Positions 52,556-60,880 are shown, numbered from the stretch's first letter. The stretch: 64,000 nucleotides of DNA from an uncultured Anaerococcus sp. (GCA_900551095.1 URUJ01000006.1:4925-68924); one strand, 5' to 3'. Program-made: numbers and translations. The notes: generated by a model from the sequence alone, not told the origin.

Positions 52556-52701
52556 ATAAGCACACCAAAGAATCATAGCTTTTTAAAAATTTACTATGTT
52601 GGTAACTCATTGGTAACAATTTATTTAATCTCTACTTTTGTAATAAGAGAAATCGTTTAAATAGACACAAAAATAGCGCTGGATTTTCCAACGCTTATAA
52701 G

Positions 52702-52723
52702 GTATTTGGTGCCGGTGGTGGGA
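52702..52723. repeat. att core, left copy (duplicated tRNA-Leu 3' end)
   Basis: Identical to 60758-60779; similarity extends to 36 bp with 2 mismatches (52688-52723 vs 60744-60779). Confidence 0.92.
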
Positions 52724-52848
52724 AATCATTGGGCTTTATTTTTAGTTTTATAATGTGTAATCTAAGCCATTCTTATATTTAAAGATAGGCTGATTTATAC
52801 CCTTTTTATACCTTTATCAAAGTTTTTTGTACTTATTATGTACTTTTT

Positions 52849-53958
52849 TCATTGAATTTCTAATGAATCCTTATTCATCATCTCTACCATTTTATCATCG
52901 GCCAATGGGTAAAAGTGTGAATAAGTATCGAGAGTTATTGAAGTGTTTTTGTGGCCTAATCTCTTTGAAATCAAGACTATATTTACATTATGATTTATCA
53001 AATAACTTGCATGTGAGTGTCTTAGGCCGTGGACGTGGATTCTCTCGATTGGTTTTCTCTTAATCTCATTAGTTTTATTATAAGCCTTAATCTCTTGATT
53101 TGCTTTTTCTACCCCTTGTTTGATTCCATTTTCTATGAATCTCTTTTCCCAATCAAATATTAAGTCATCATCTCTAGGATTATATATTTTATTCTTATAA
53201 TCTCTTAAAATGTTTATTGTTGTATCAGCTAGGGTAATCACTCTTGATTCATAGGTTTTAGTTGGGGTTATAACGTCCCTACCCTTTAATCTTTGAAGAG
53301 ATGATTCAACCTTTAATGTTTTATTATCAAAATCAATACAAGACCATTTCAAGGCCAATAATTCACCTTTACGGATTCCAGTCCAATATAATATGTTTAT
53401 GGCCGTCTTAGCCTTTATATCGTCTATGTATTGGTAAATCTCTTTGAACTCTTCTAAAGTCCAAAATCTCATAGGTGGTTTAATCTCGTTTGGTACTTTA
53501 GCCTTGCCGACTCTATGGATTGGGTTTTCTTTAAGACCGTAAAACTTAACAGCATGGTTTAGAACTGTTGAAAATTCATTTTGTATTGATTGAATATACT
53601 TGCTTGAGAGTCCCTCGTTAATCATTGAGTTTTGCCATTTTCTAATATCTAGGGGTTGTATTTCATCTAATGGGATATTGCCAAAGGTTGGTATAACTCT
53701 CTTGTATCTCTCGTTTTTTGTTTGTTGGGTTCTCTCTCTTAATTGGGGGTAATTATCTTTTTTATAAATCTCTAGGAAATCAGCAAAAAGCATATTTGGT
53801 TGGCCTTGACTTGCTAGTAAAAAATCACGTTCCCATGCTTGTGCTTCTTTTCTTTTCTCAAATCCCGACTTCTTTTTTTGCTTTATATCTCCCTTATAAT
53901 CTCTATAGTTAAATTTACAAAACCATGAGCCTGTTTTTTCATCTTTATAGCTAGGCAT
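52849..53958 (-). CDS. int: tyrosine recombinase/integrase
   Basis: N-terminal arm-binding domain (KKKSGFEKRKEA), TGIRKGEL, HGLRHSHAS, RLGH, TLDTYSH. Confidence 0.95.
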   Translation of the reverse strand: MPSYKDEKTGSWFCKFNYRDYKGDIKQKKKSGFEKRKEAQAWERDFLLASQGQPNMLFADFLEIYKKDNYPQLRERTQQTKNERYKRVIPTFGNIPLDEIQPLDIRKWQNSMINEGLSSKYIQSIQNEFSTVLNHAVKFYGLKENPIHRVGKAKVPNEIKPPMRFWTLEEFKEIYQYIDDIKAKTAINILYWTGIRKGELLALKWSCIDFDNKTLKVESSLQRLKGRDVITPTKTYESRVITLADTTINILRDYKNKIYNPRDDDLIFDWEKRFIENGIKQGVEKANQEIKAYNKTNEIKRKPIERIHVHGLRHSHASYLINHNVNIVLISKRLGHKNTSITLDTYSHFYPLADDKMVEMMNKDSLEIQ

Positions 53959-53960
53959 TA

Positions 53961-54485
53961 TTATTCCTTGCTAGGATTGTTTAAAAGATTTTGTAGGTAG
54001 TTAATTGCCTTAAATACTTCAGTATTAGTATTGTTAAAAATCATAATTGTATCATTTAGTTTTTTAAATAGCAGGCGTTCTTTAGCATTGCTAGGCCTTA
54101 TTTCTTCATCTTTAAAACTTATATAATTATGAATATTTTCCAAACCAAAATAATAAAATAAATACATAACACCATTAATTGTTGACTTTATTTCAATTTC
54201 ACCGCCCCCGTAATCTTCAACATTCCAACTTATAATCTCTTTTTCTGTCAATTCAATCAGTAGTTTAAGCATTTCCTCTGTTGGCGTGTTTGATTCTTCA
54301 ATGGTTAATTCTTCAACCGATACCCCCAACACTTGAGCTATTTTTTTTAAATTTTCATCGCTAGGATTGTTTTTCCCTTGTTCTATCAAAGACATAAAAG
54401 CCCCAGAAATGCCAACTTTATCCGCAAGTTGTTTTTGGGTAAGCCCCTGTATTTGTCTATACTTTTTTATATTGTCGCTTAGCAT
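53961..54485 (-). CDS. Xre-family HTH repressor
   Basis: IKKYRQIQGLTQKQLADKVGISGAFMSLIEQG; divergent from the Cro-like gene. Confidence 0.9.
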   Translation of the reverse strand: MLSDNIKKYRQIQGLTQKQLADKVGISGAFMSLIEQGKNNPSDENLKKIAQVLGVSVEELTIEESNTPTEEMLKLLIELTEKEIISWNVEDYGGGEIEIKSTINGVMYLFYYFGLENIHNYISFKDEEIRPSNAKERLLFKKLNDTIMIFNNTNTEVFKAINYLQNLLNNPSKE

Positions 54486-54499
54486 ATTATCCCTCGTAT

Positions 54500-54592
54500 T
54501 CTTTTTTACTTAATATGATTATATAACTTAAGTCCTGACTTGACAAGACTGATTTATTAAGTTATTATATAATTAGTTAAAACTTAAGGAGG
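54500..54592. promoter_or_regulatory. divergent repressor/cro control region
   Basis: TTGACA (54540)-17nt-TATTAT, several ACTTAA/TTAAGT half-sites, RBS AAGGAGG before cro. Confidence 0.6.
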
Positions 54593-54598
54593 TATTTA

Positions 54599-54799
54599 GT
54601 GCAAATTAATTCATTAAAAATCAAAACACTAATGCTAGAAAAAGGCCTAAACAACAAGAGTCTAGCTAAAAAAATGAAATCATCTAGGCAATGGGTCGGG
54701 ACAATTCTTGACCATGGGCATGCAACATTGAACATGGTCAATAAGATTGCTAAAGCCTTAGAAGTAGACCCAAAAGAGATTGTTAAGTTGGAGGATTAA
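54599..54799 (+). CDS. Cro-like HTH protein
   Basis: 66 aa, LMLEKGLNNKSLAKKM...KIAKALEVDPKEI. Confidence 0.85.
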   Translation: MQINSLKIKTLMLEKGLNNKSLAKKMKSSRQWVGTILDHGHATLNMVNKIAKALEVDPKEIVKLED

Positions 54800-54801
54800 A
54801 A

Positions 54802-54999
54802 ATGTTTGTAAGAGCAAATGACGTCAAAGAGATTCTGAACGTATCTCAAGCGATGGGCTATAAGGTCATACGAACTTTAAATACCGAACTACAAGAAAAA
54901 GGATTCTTAACAGTTCAAGGCCGTATTCCTATAGAATATCTTTGCGAGAGATACATGCTTGATGAACAAGAAGTCAAAGACTTTTTGAATAAGGATTAG
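54802..54999 (+). CDS. putative excisionase (ICEBs1 Xis-like HTH)
   Basis: DVKEILNVSQAMGYKVIRTLNTELQEKGFLTVQGRIP pattern; position after cro. Confidence 0.7.
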   Translation: MFVRANDVKEILNVSQAMGYKVIRTLNTELQEKGFLTVQGRIPIEYLCERYMLDEQEVKDFLNKD

Positions 55000-55002
55000 G
55001 GG

Positions 55003-55815
55003 GTGCAAGTGTATGATGATAAACAAAAATCTAATACAAAAAATGAAGAGATAGAGCAATATATAAAATTACCGATTAGGATTTTAAAAGATAAAAACCT
55101 AACTGATAAGCAGAAATTAATATTTGGTTCTATTATTACCTTAGCAGGTAAAACAGGCGTATGCTTTGCTAGTAATTCTTATTTAGCTAAAATTCACGGT
55201 TGCGATGAAAGAACGGTAATAAGAACCATTAATAAATTGGTTAAATTATCCTATATTTCAAGAAAACTAATTCATTTAGATTCTGATACTAAAAAAAGAG
55301 TGATAAAAAGAGAACTAACAATAAATGATTTTGGTACTGACTCTACCGACAGGGGGTACTGTCTCACGAGTCAGGGGGGTACTGTCTCACGAGTCCAAAA
55401 AGGTACTGTCTCAGATGTCACGGATAAACTATATATAGAAACTATAAATATAAATAATAAATATAGTCGAGCAGATGAGAAAAATAAGAAGTTAGTTAGT
55501 GAAGTTATTAACTACCTAAACGAAAAATCAGGCAAGAGTTATAAATCGACTACACAAAAGACAATAAGTTTGATTAGTGCTAGGAGCAAAGAGGGCTTTA
55601 CCCTTGATGATTTTAAAAAGGTCATAGACACAAAGACCCAACAATGGAAATCAAATACCGATATGAACAAATACTTAAGGCCAGAAACCTTATTTGGTAC
55701 AAAATTTGAATCGTACTTGCAAGAAGACCCCAATATTAACAATAATAATCAATTCCCTAGTAAGAAGAACTATAAACCTGATATTGAAAACGAATTAAAA
55801 AAATATGGTAGGTGA
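55003..55815 (+). CDS. phage-type replication initiator (N-terminal wHTH, conserved phage C-terminal domain)
   Basis: CFASNSYLA...RTVIRTI, C-terminal VINYLNEK...KYLRPETLFGTKFESYL; internal iterons. Confidence 0.88.
   Translation: MQVYDDKQKSNTKNEEIEQYIKLPIRILKDKNLTDKQKLIFGSIITLAGKTGVCFASNSYLAKIHGCDERTVIRTINKLVKLSYISRKLIHLDSDTKKRVIKRELTINDFGTDSTDRGYCLTSQGGTVSRVQKGTVSDVTDKLYIETININNKYSRADEKNKKLVSEVINYLNEKSGKSYKSTTQKTISLISARSKEGFTLDDFKKVIDTKTQQWKSNTDMNKYLRPETLFGTKFESYLQEDPNINNNNQFPSKKNYKPDIENELKKYGR
55333..55419 (+). repeat. replication-origin iterons inside rep
   Basis: GGTACTGTCTCACGAGTC at 55355 and 55378; variants at 55333 and 55402; 22-24 bp spacing; followed by an AT-rich tract. Confidence 0.8.
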
Positions 55816-55827
55816 GAAATAAACAAA

Positions 55828-56610
55828 ATGAGAAAAAACAATTCAAATACGATTATTAATAATAAATTGATTGATGACTTAATAGAACGAGGAATCAAAG
55901 TCAATGATGATAAAGAATTAAGAAAAAGAAAAGCAGAGAAAGAAAAAGAATTAAATGCAGAAATCAGCAAGGCTATTAACTACAACAATAACAAAAGCAA
56001 GGTTGAAGCCTTTGCAAATATGCCAAAAGATTCTATTAACTTGACTCTAAACTATGCTAGAAAGAATTGGGAATCACAAGAAATGCCAATGGTCAATAAG
56101 GCTATTTCAATAGTTTTGAACTTTGATACAACAGATAAGGGCTTATATATGTATAGCAAAAATTCAAGAACAGGCAAAACTGCCTTAATGGGTGCGACTG
56201 CTAGAGCTATATACAATCAAAACAATAAAACCATCTGGTTTGGTAGTGAAGAATTATTTCTTGCAATGGTCAAAGAAACATACAGAGATGATGCCGAACT
56301 AAAAGAGGAGCAAGTTATTAAATTTATAGCTAGCCATGATGCTGTTTTCATCGATGAACTAGGACAGAATGACACCGATTGGTCAATAAAAACACTCAAA
56401 AGGCTACTAGATGCAATATTGAACAGCGGGGCAATGTTATTTATAACCTCAAATTATAGCCTTGATGACTTAGGTCAGAAATTACTAATCAATCAAAATA
56501 AGCCAATGAGCAGAACAGTACAACAGGTACAGGCAAGAATATACGAATTAACAGAGATATTGCAATTTGGAGAAAAAAGCTATTTTAAAAGCAAAAAGCT
56601 AGTAGACTAA
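55828..56610 (+). CDS. DnaC/IstB-like AAA+ ATPase (helicase loader)
   Basis: GLYMYSKNSRTGKT Walker A, VFIDELG Walker B, FITSN; follows rep. Confidence 0.85.
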   Translation: MRKNNSNTIINNKLIDDLIERGIKVNDDKELRKRKAEKEKELNAEISKAINYNNNKSKVEAFANMPKDSINLTLNYARKNWESQEMPMVNKAISIVLNFDTTDKGLYMYSKNSRTGKTALMGATARAIYNQNNKTIWFGSEELFLAMVKETYRDDAELKEEQVIKFIASHDAVFIDELGQNDTDWSIKTLKRLLDAILNSGAMLFITSNYSLDDLGQKLLINQNKPMSRTVQQVQARIYELTEILQFGEKSYFKSKKLVD

Positions 56611-56814
56611 AATCTACTAGCTTAGCATAGTGAAAATTAATATAAACAATATGAGGTATTAATATTATACCCTAATTATATTAAAATTCTTAAAATTTGA
56701 TACCTATTCAAAGAGTAAATCATTTATTAATAAGGAATACTTAACTAGGTATGTTAAATCTCTTAGAACGTAAAATAAGAGCTTAAAATAAAATCAAAGT
56801 GAGGTAATAAAAAT

Positions 56815-57027
56815 ATGGATACAAAACAACTTGAAGAAATGGCAGACAAATTACAGAATGAAGCCTATAACCTATCTAAATCTATCGATGCTTTATTGTA
56901 TAAGGTTATCCCAACCGATACAGATTCAGAAAACGACTACACCATAGGGCTTTTAAATGTGGTATCTAACCAGTCAAAATTGGTTACAGATATGGCCACA
57001 AACTTAAGCATGAGTTTTACAAAATAG
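56815..57027 (+). CDS. hypothetical protein
   Basis: 70 aa ORF with RBS GAGGT. Confidence 0.6.
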   Translation: MDTKQLEEMADKLQNEAYNLSKSIDALLYKVIPTDTDSENDYTIGLLNVVSNQSKLVTDMATNLSMSFTK

Positions 57028-57108
57028 TTATATAGATTAACACCCCCTATTCACTTATAAACCATATCAAAATATGGTATGATTAAATAAATTAATAAGG
57101 GGGCCAAC

Positions 57109-57573
57109 TTTAATAACGGTATAAAAGACTTAATAAAGCTTAGAGATAGAAAAAGATGCGACACAGTAAAGGCAATTTTAGAAGCCTATGATATTAATTT
57201 AAGATTAATCGATGAATACCAAAAAGAGATTGAAGAAAAAAAGGAAAATATAAACTATTTAAGATCTAGCTTAAGTAATGCAAACGAGGTTAAAGGGTCG
57301 GGCATGGCCAAAGATGATATTTTGATAAGAGATATTGACAAAATCACAGACCTAAAAAACGAGATAAAAATAATCAAAAAAGAGAATCAGCAAGTTAAAA
57401 ATGCAATTAATAGCATAGATGACCCCATAGCTAAATTAATCATAATGAGAATATGGGTAAAAAATATCGATTCAATGAGAAGTTTAGCAACCACCCTAAA
57501 CTTATCCCATACAATGATTTGGAGAAAATCAGACACCGCCCTATTAAGCCTATACAAAAAACTTATTAAATAA
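57109..57573 (+). CDS. RinA/ArpU-like late transcriptional activator (start uncertain)
   Basis: Frame is open from 57091 and the first ATG is at 57304. Coiled coil then AINSIDDP..KLII.R...SMRSLATTLNLSHTMIWR C-terminal HTH. Confidence 0.6.
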   Translation, partial: FNNGIKDLIKLRDRKRCDTVKAILEAYDINLRLIDEYQKEIEEKKENINYLRSSLSNANEVKGSGMAKDDILIRDIDKITDLKNEIKIIKKENQQVKNAINSIDDPIAKLIIMRIWVKNIDSMRSLATTLNLSHTMIWRKSDTALLSLYKKLIK

Positions 57574-57789
57574 TTTTATTGATGCTAGCCCCAAGATGAA
57601 ATTCTAGGGGCTTTTATAATGGGTTAATGTTACACATGAATATATTAAAAATAATCAAAATTTATAGGGCAAGTTCAAACTAAACTTAATAAGCATATAA
57701 TAAAATATATGCCTACAAAATTAAAGAGCCTTAAAACGCAAAATACGAGACTGATTGTTTGATAATTTTAAGAAAATCAAGATATATCA

Positions 57790-58160
57790 GAAAACCTTAG
57801 CAAATCTAAGCATATTTGCTAACAAATGCTAACATATTACTAACTTTTCATAACCTTATAAAACCTTAACAATTCTTAACATATTATCATAAAAAATAAC
57901 GGAAAATATAGGACAAAAAACCTCACAAAACCTCACATAAAAACCTGACAAAACCTGACATATTTTTCAAATTGTTAGAGATTGTTAGTATAAAAATCTA
58001 AGATGATATAAAAATAACAAATACTTATCATAAAAATCGTTGGAAAATGTTGGTATAAAAGCCTATGTTGATAAAATACTAACAATTCTTAACATAAATC
58101 ATAGACAGAAAACCTGTTAAGACCTGTTATAAAAAACCTACAAAAACCTACATAATTTTC
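57790..58160 (+). repeat. array of diverse 10-bp-period tandem repeats
   Basis: e.g. TGCTAACAAA/TGCTAACA, CCTCACAAAA/CCTCACA, AAACCTGACA x2, ATTGTTAGAG/ATTGTTAG, GTTGGAAAAT/GTTGG, ACCTGTTAAG/ACCTGTTA, AAAAACCTAC x2. Confidence 0.85.
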
Positions 58161-58410
58161 AGAAACATTTAAAATAAACAAAGCACATGGCGCAACCCAA
58201 AGGAAAATCCTTTTAAGGGGTCACGTATGTGCTTTGTTATTAATAATAATGTACCTTAGAATTTAAAACGAACAAGAAAAATAGAGATACTAACTCACTC
58301 CCCCACAAATGCGGAAGGTGGAAAGTATCTCTAATGATTATTAATATACCATTTATTACTAAGAAAACCTAACATAACTTAACATAAAACATAGGAGATA
58401 TTGAGCAATC

Positions 58411-58764
58411 ATGAGCAAAAGAGATTATAGGATAAGTCAAAAAAAGTACAACAAATCGGTTGAACTACTAATCGAGGGCAACATGTCATATACTGACATT
58501 GCTAAACAGGTAGGAATATCAAGAAATACTCTTAAGAGAATAAGAGATGATGAAGATACAGCTAAACTTATTCAAAGTATGGCAAGTAATGACTTGAAGA
58601 TAGCAGTATCTAAAGCAGGTAAGACCCTTATTGAATTACTAGATGCCGAAAGCGAGACAGTAAGGCTACAAAGTGCAAGGCATATATTAGAACTAGGCGG
58701 TATTCAAGTAAAAGACGACATGACAAGTCTAATTGATAAAGTAATCATCATTGATGATATTTAG
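58411..58764 (+). CDS. terminase small subunit-like HTH protein (phBC6A51-like)
   Basis: N-terminal HTH (SYTDIAKQVGISRNTL), helical middle (SETVRLQSARHILE), C-terminal VIIIDDI tail typical of TerS. Confidence 0.7.
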   Translation: MSKRDYRISQKKYNKSVELLIEGNMSYTDIAKQVGISRNTLKRIRDDEDTAKLIQSMASNDLKIAVSKAGKTLIELLDAESETVRLQSARHILELGGIQVKDDMTSLIDKVIIIDDI

Positions 58765-58904
58765 GATAAGGCCACGATCTTAAAATACTACAAAATACTA
58801 CTTGTATTTCATTAATATTATTTGATAAGGTCAAGTTTAATATTAGTATGTTTTTCTCAAAGTCTTATAAATACTAGGATTCTCTAGGAAATGAAGCACA
58901 AGAA

Positions 58905-59714
58905 AAGGGGTTGAAACTTGATAAAAATTGACCCCCTACCTCATTACTAATGACCCCGATAAATAACGGATTAACCTATTAATAAACTAGTAAGAATTTA
59001 CAAGGGTAGTCAGCACTAATGACACCCTTAATACGATCTAAGTTTAAGTTAGCTCGCATATTGGGATTTGAGCACATTATCGAGCTTTACTCTACAATAT
59101 CGCCAATCGCTTGGCGATTAGGCAAATTTCCAAGCGTGTGGAAATATTAAATATAATTTTGTCGGTAGTACCGACACGGGGAGGTAATAGGGGTGAACGA
59201 TTCGTTCGGCCAGCCACTAATACCAACACAAGGGTAATTGATTTCGTGACTCCTACATTTATGACCTCATTATAAATGAGTGCATTAAATTTGGTTTATA
59301 CTAATCTATGACAGTACAAAAAGTACTATCACAAGTTTATATTATCGGACACTATGGAGTCCTAAAAAAGGACATCATCAATCTATTAAAACATGGGGTA
59401 ACAAAACGGTACCCCATACCCCACTAAGTCAAGATATATATTATATGACCACTAACGTAGGACGCCCCGAAACAGGGCATCATCTCTTAATAATTAAAAT
59501 AAGCTATAAGGGAGTCGCTAGTATCTACCCCCCTATTAAATAAGTATAGGCTCAAGTACCAAAAAAGTAGTCGAGCCAATACCTAAATAACAAAATAAAT
59601 GACGCCGTCCATAGTACTGACGGTGTCTATTTTTATAAAAAGATAAAGGCATGGGGTCGGTAGTACCGACGGCATCTATTAAAACATACCTGACGTATCA
59701 AATCACTACGTCAG
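58905..59714. repeat. array of diverse short inverted repeats/palindromes
   Basis: ~15 distinct GC-richer palindromes separated by AT-rich spacers; GTCGGTAGTACCGAC occurs twice (59161, 59656). Confidence 0.85.
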
Positions 59715-60023
59715 CTATTAAGTTTTGAATAAAATAATACAAGCTAACAGCAAAGATAAGAGATTTAGCCATATAAATGTATACATAACTTTTTTCAAAG
59801 CCTTAAAACTCAAAATAGAGGGACGGAAAAAAATCAAACTTGATATGATTTACTGATAAGTTGGTTTTGTTGTATAATATACAAAAATGATGAACGTTGA
59901 AAATAAGCCAATTAATTTTCATAAAGGCTTAAATTATTGCACAAAACTCTGATTTTGTGTAATGATTAACAGTTTTTTAGAATCAAAATGTATATATACA
60001 ACGATTATAAATATTAAGGATTA

Positions 60024-60635
60024 ATGATGAAAAGTTACAAAAGCAATGATGAATTATTTAAAGAATATAAAATCAATAGAGATTATAAACTTAGAAATCA
60101 AATTGCTTTAAATAATAAAAAGCTTATATACCCTATCATCAACAAGCTTTTTATAGTCGGCATAAATGATTATGAAGAATTAGAGCAAGAAGCATTCATC
60201 GCCCTACTCAAAGCAGTAGAAGACTTCAATCCCGATTTGGGATATCAATTTTCTACATACGCAAATAAGTGCTTATTAAAAATCTTAAGAGAAAAGCTCG
60301 ACTATAACAAGGAGATCTCATTGAATCAACCTTTAAAAACTAGCGATGATGAAAACATAGACTTAATTGATACATTGCTAGATGAATCAGTAGACATCAA
60401 CCAAGAAGTTGAAGCAAAAATCCTTATAGAAAAAATAAAAGATATAGTAAGCGAAAAGGATTTTCAAGTATTAGAATTATTATATATTTATAACTTGCCT
60501 ATGGTTAAAGTTGGCATGATGCTAGGCAAGAGCAAACAGGCTGTCCATAAGCAAAAAAATAGAGCGATTAAGATAATTTTTTCAAGAAAAGAATTTAATG
60601 CCTACATAGAAAAAAAGAGATTTATAAAACACTAA
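60024..60635 (+). CDS. sigma-70 family RNA polymerase sigma factor
   Basis: Region 2 (ELEQEAFIALLKAVEDFNPDLGYQFSTYA), ISLNQPL, region 4 HTH (KVGMMLGKSKQAVHKQKNRAI). Confidence 0.87.
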   Translation: MMKSYKSNDELFKEYKINRDYKLRNQIALNNKKLIYPIINKLFIVGINDYEELEQEAFIALLKAVEDFNPDLGYQFSTYANKCLLKILREKLDYNKEISLNQPLKTSDDENIDLIDTLLDESVDINQEVEAKILIEKIKDIVSEKDFQVLELLYIYNLPMVKVGMMLGKSKQAVHKQKNRAIKIIFSRKEFNAYIEKKRFIKH

Positions 60636-60762
60636 TATTAAATGAATAATAAGAGATTTTGCCGAATATATTCATTCTTTAGAAAAAGCCTAAAAATTAA
60701 TATGTACTTTTTATGTACTCCTAAAAAAATAAACGTTGAAAAACCAACGCTTATAGTGTATT

Positions 60763-60849
60763 TGGTGCCGGTGGTGGGACTCGAACCCACACGCCCCGGA
60801 GGACAACAGATTTTGAGTCTATCTCGTCTGCCAATTCCGACACACCGGC
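60763..60849 (-). tRNA. tRNA-Leu (anticodon CAA), integration target
   Basis: GCCGGTGTGTCGGAATTGGCAGACGAGATAGAC-TCAAAA-TCTGT...GGTTCGAGTCCCACCACCGGCACCA. Confidence 0.95.
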
Positions 60850-60880
60850 ATAAATGCTTACCGATTTATTATATCACAAT

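Larger units (their letters stand above)
52702..60779. mobile_element. integrated phage-satellite/PICI-like element (~8.1 kb) at tRNA-Leu(CAA)
   Basis: Flanked by the 22-bp direct repeat GTATTTGGTGCCGGTGGTGGGA. Contains int, repressor, cro, xis, rep, loader, TerS-like and sigma genes; no capsid or tail genes. Confidence 0.88.

Noticed and set aside
52702..52723. Additional tRNA gene at the left junction
   Set aside because: Only the 3' ~17 nt of tRNA-Leu is present; it is the att duplication.
57790..59714. CRISPR or mini-CRISPR array in the satellite non-coding regions
   Set aside because: There is no constant repeat alternating with unique spacers and no cas genes. The units are all different motifs.
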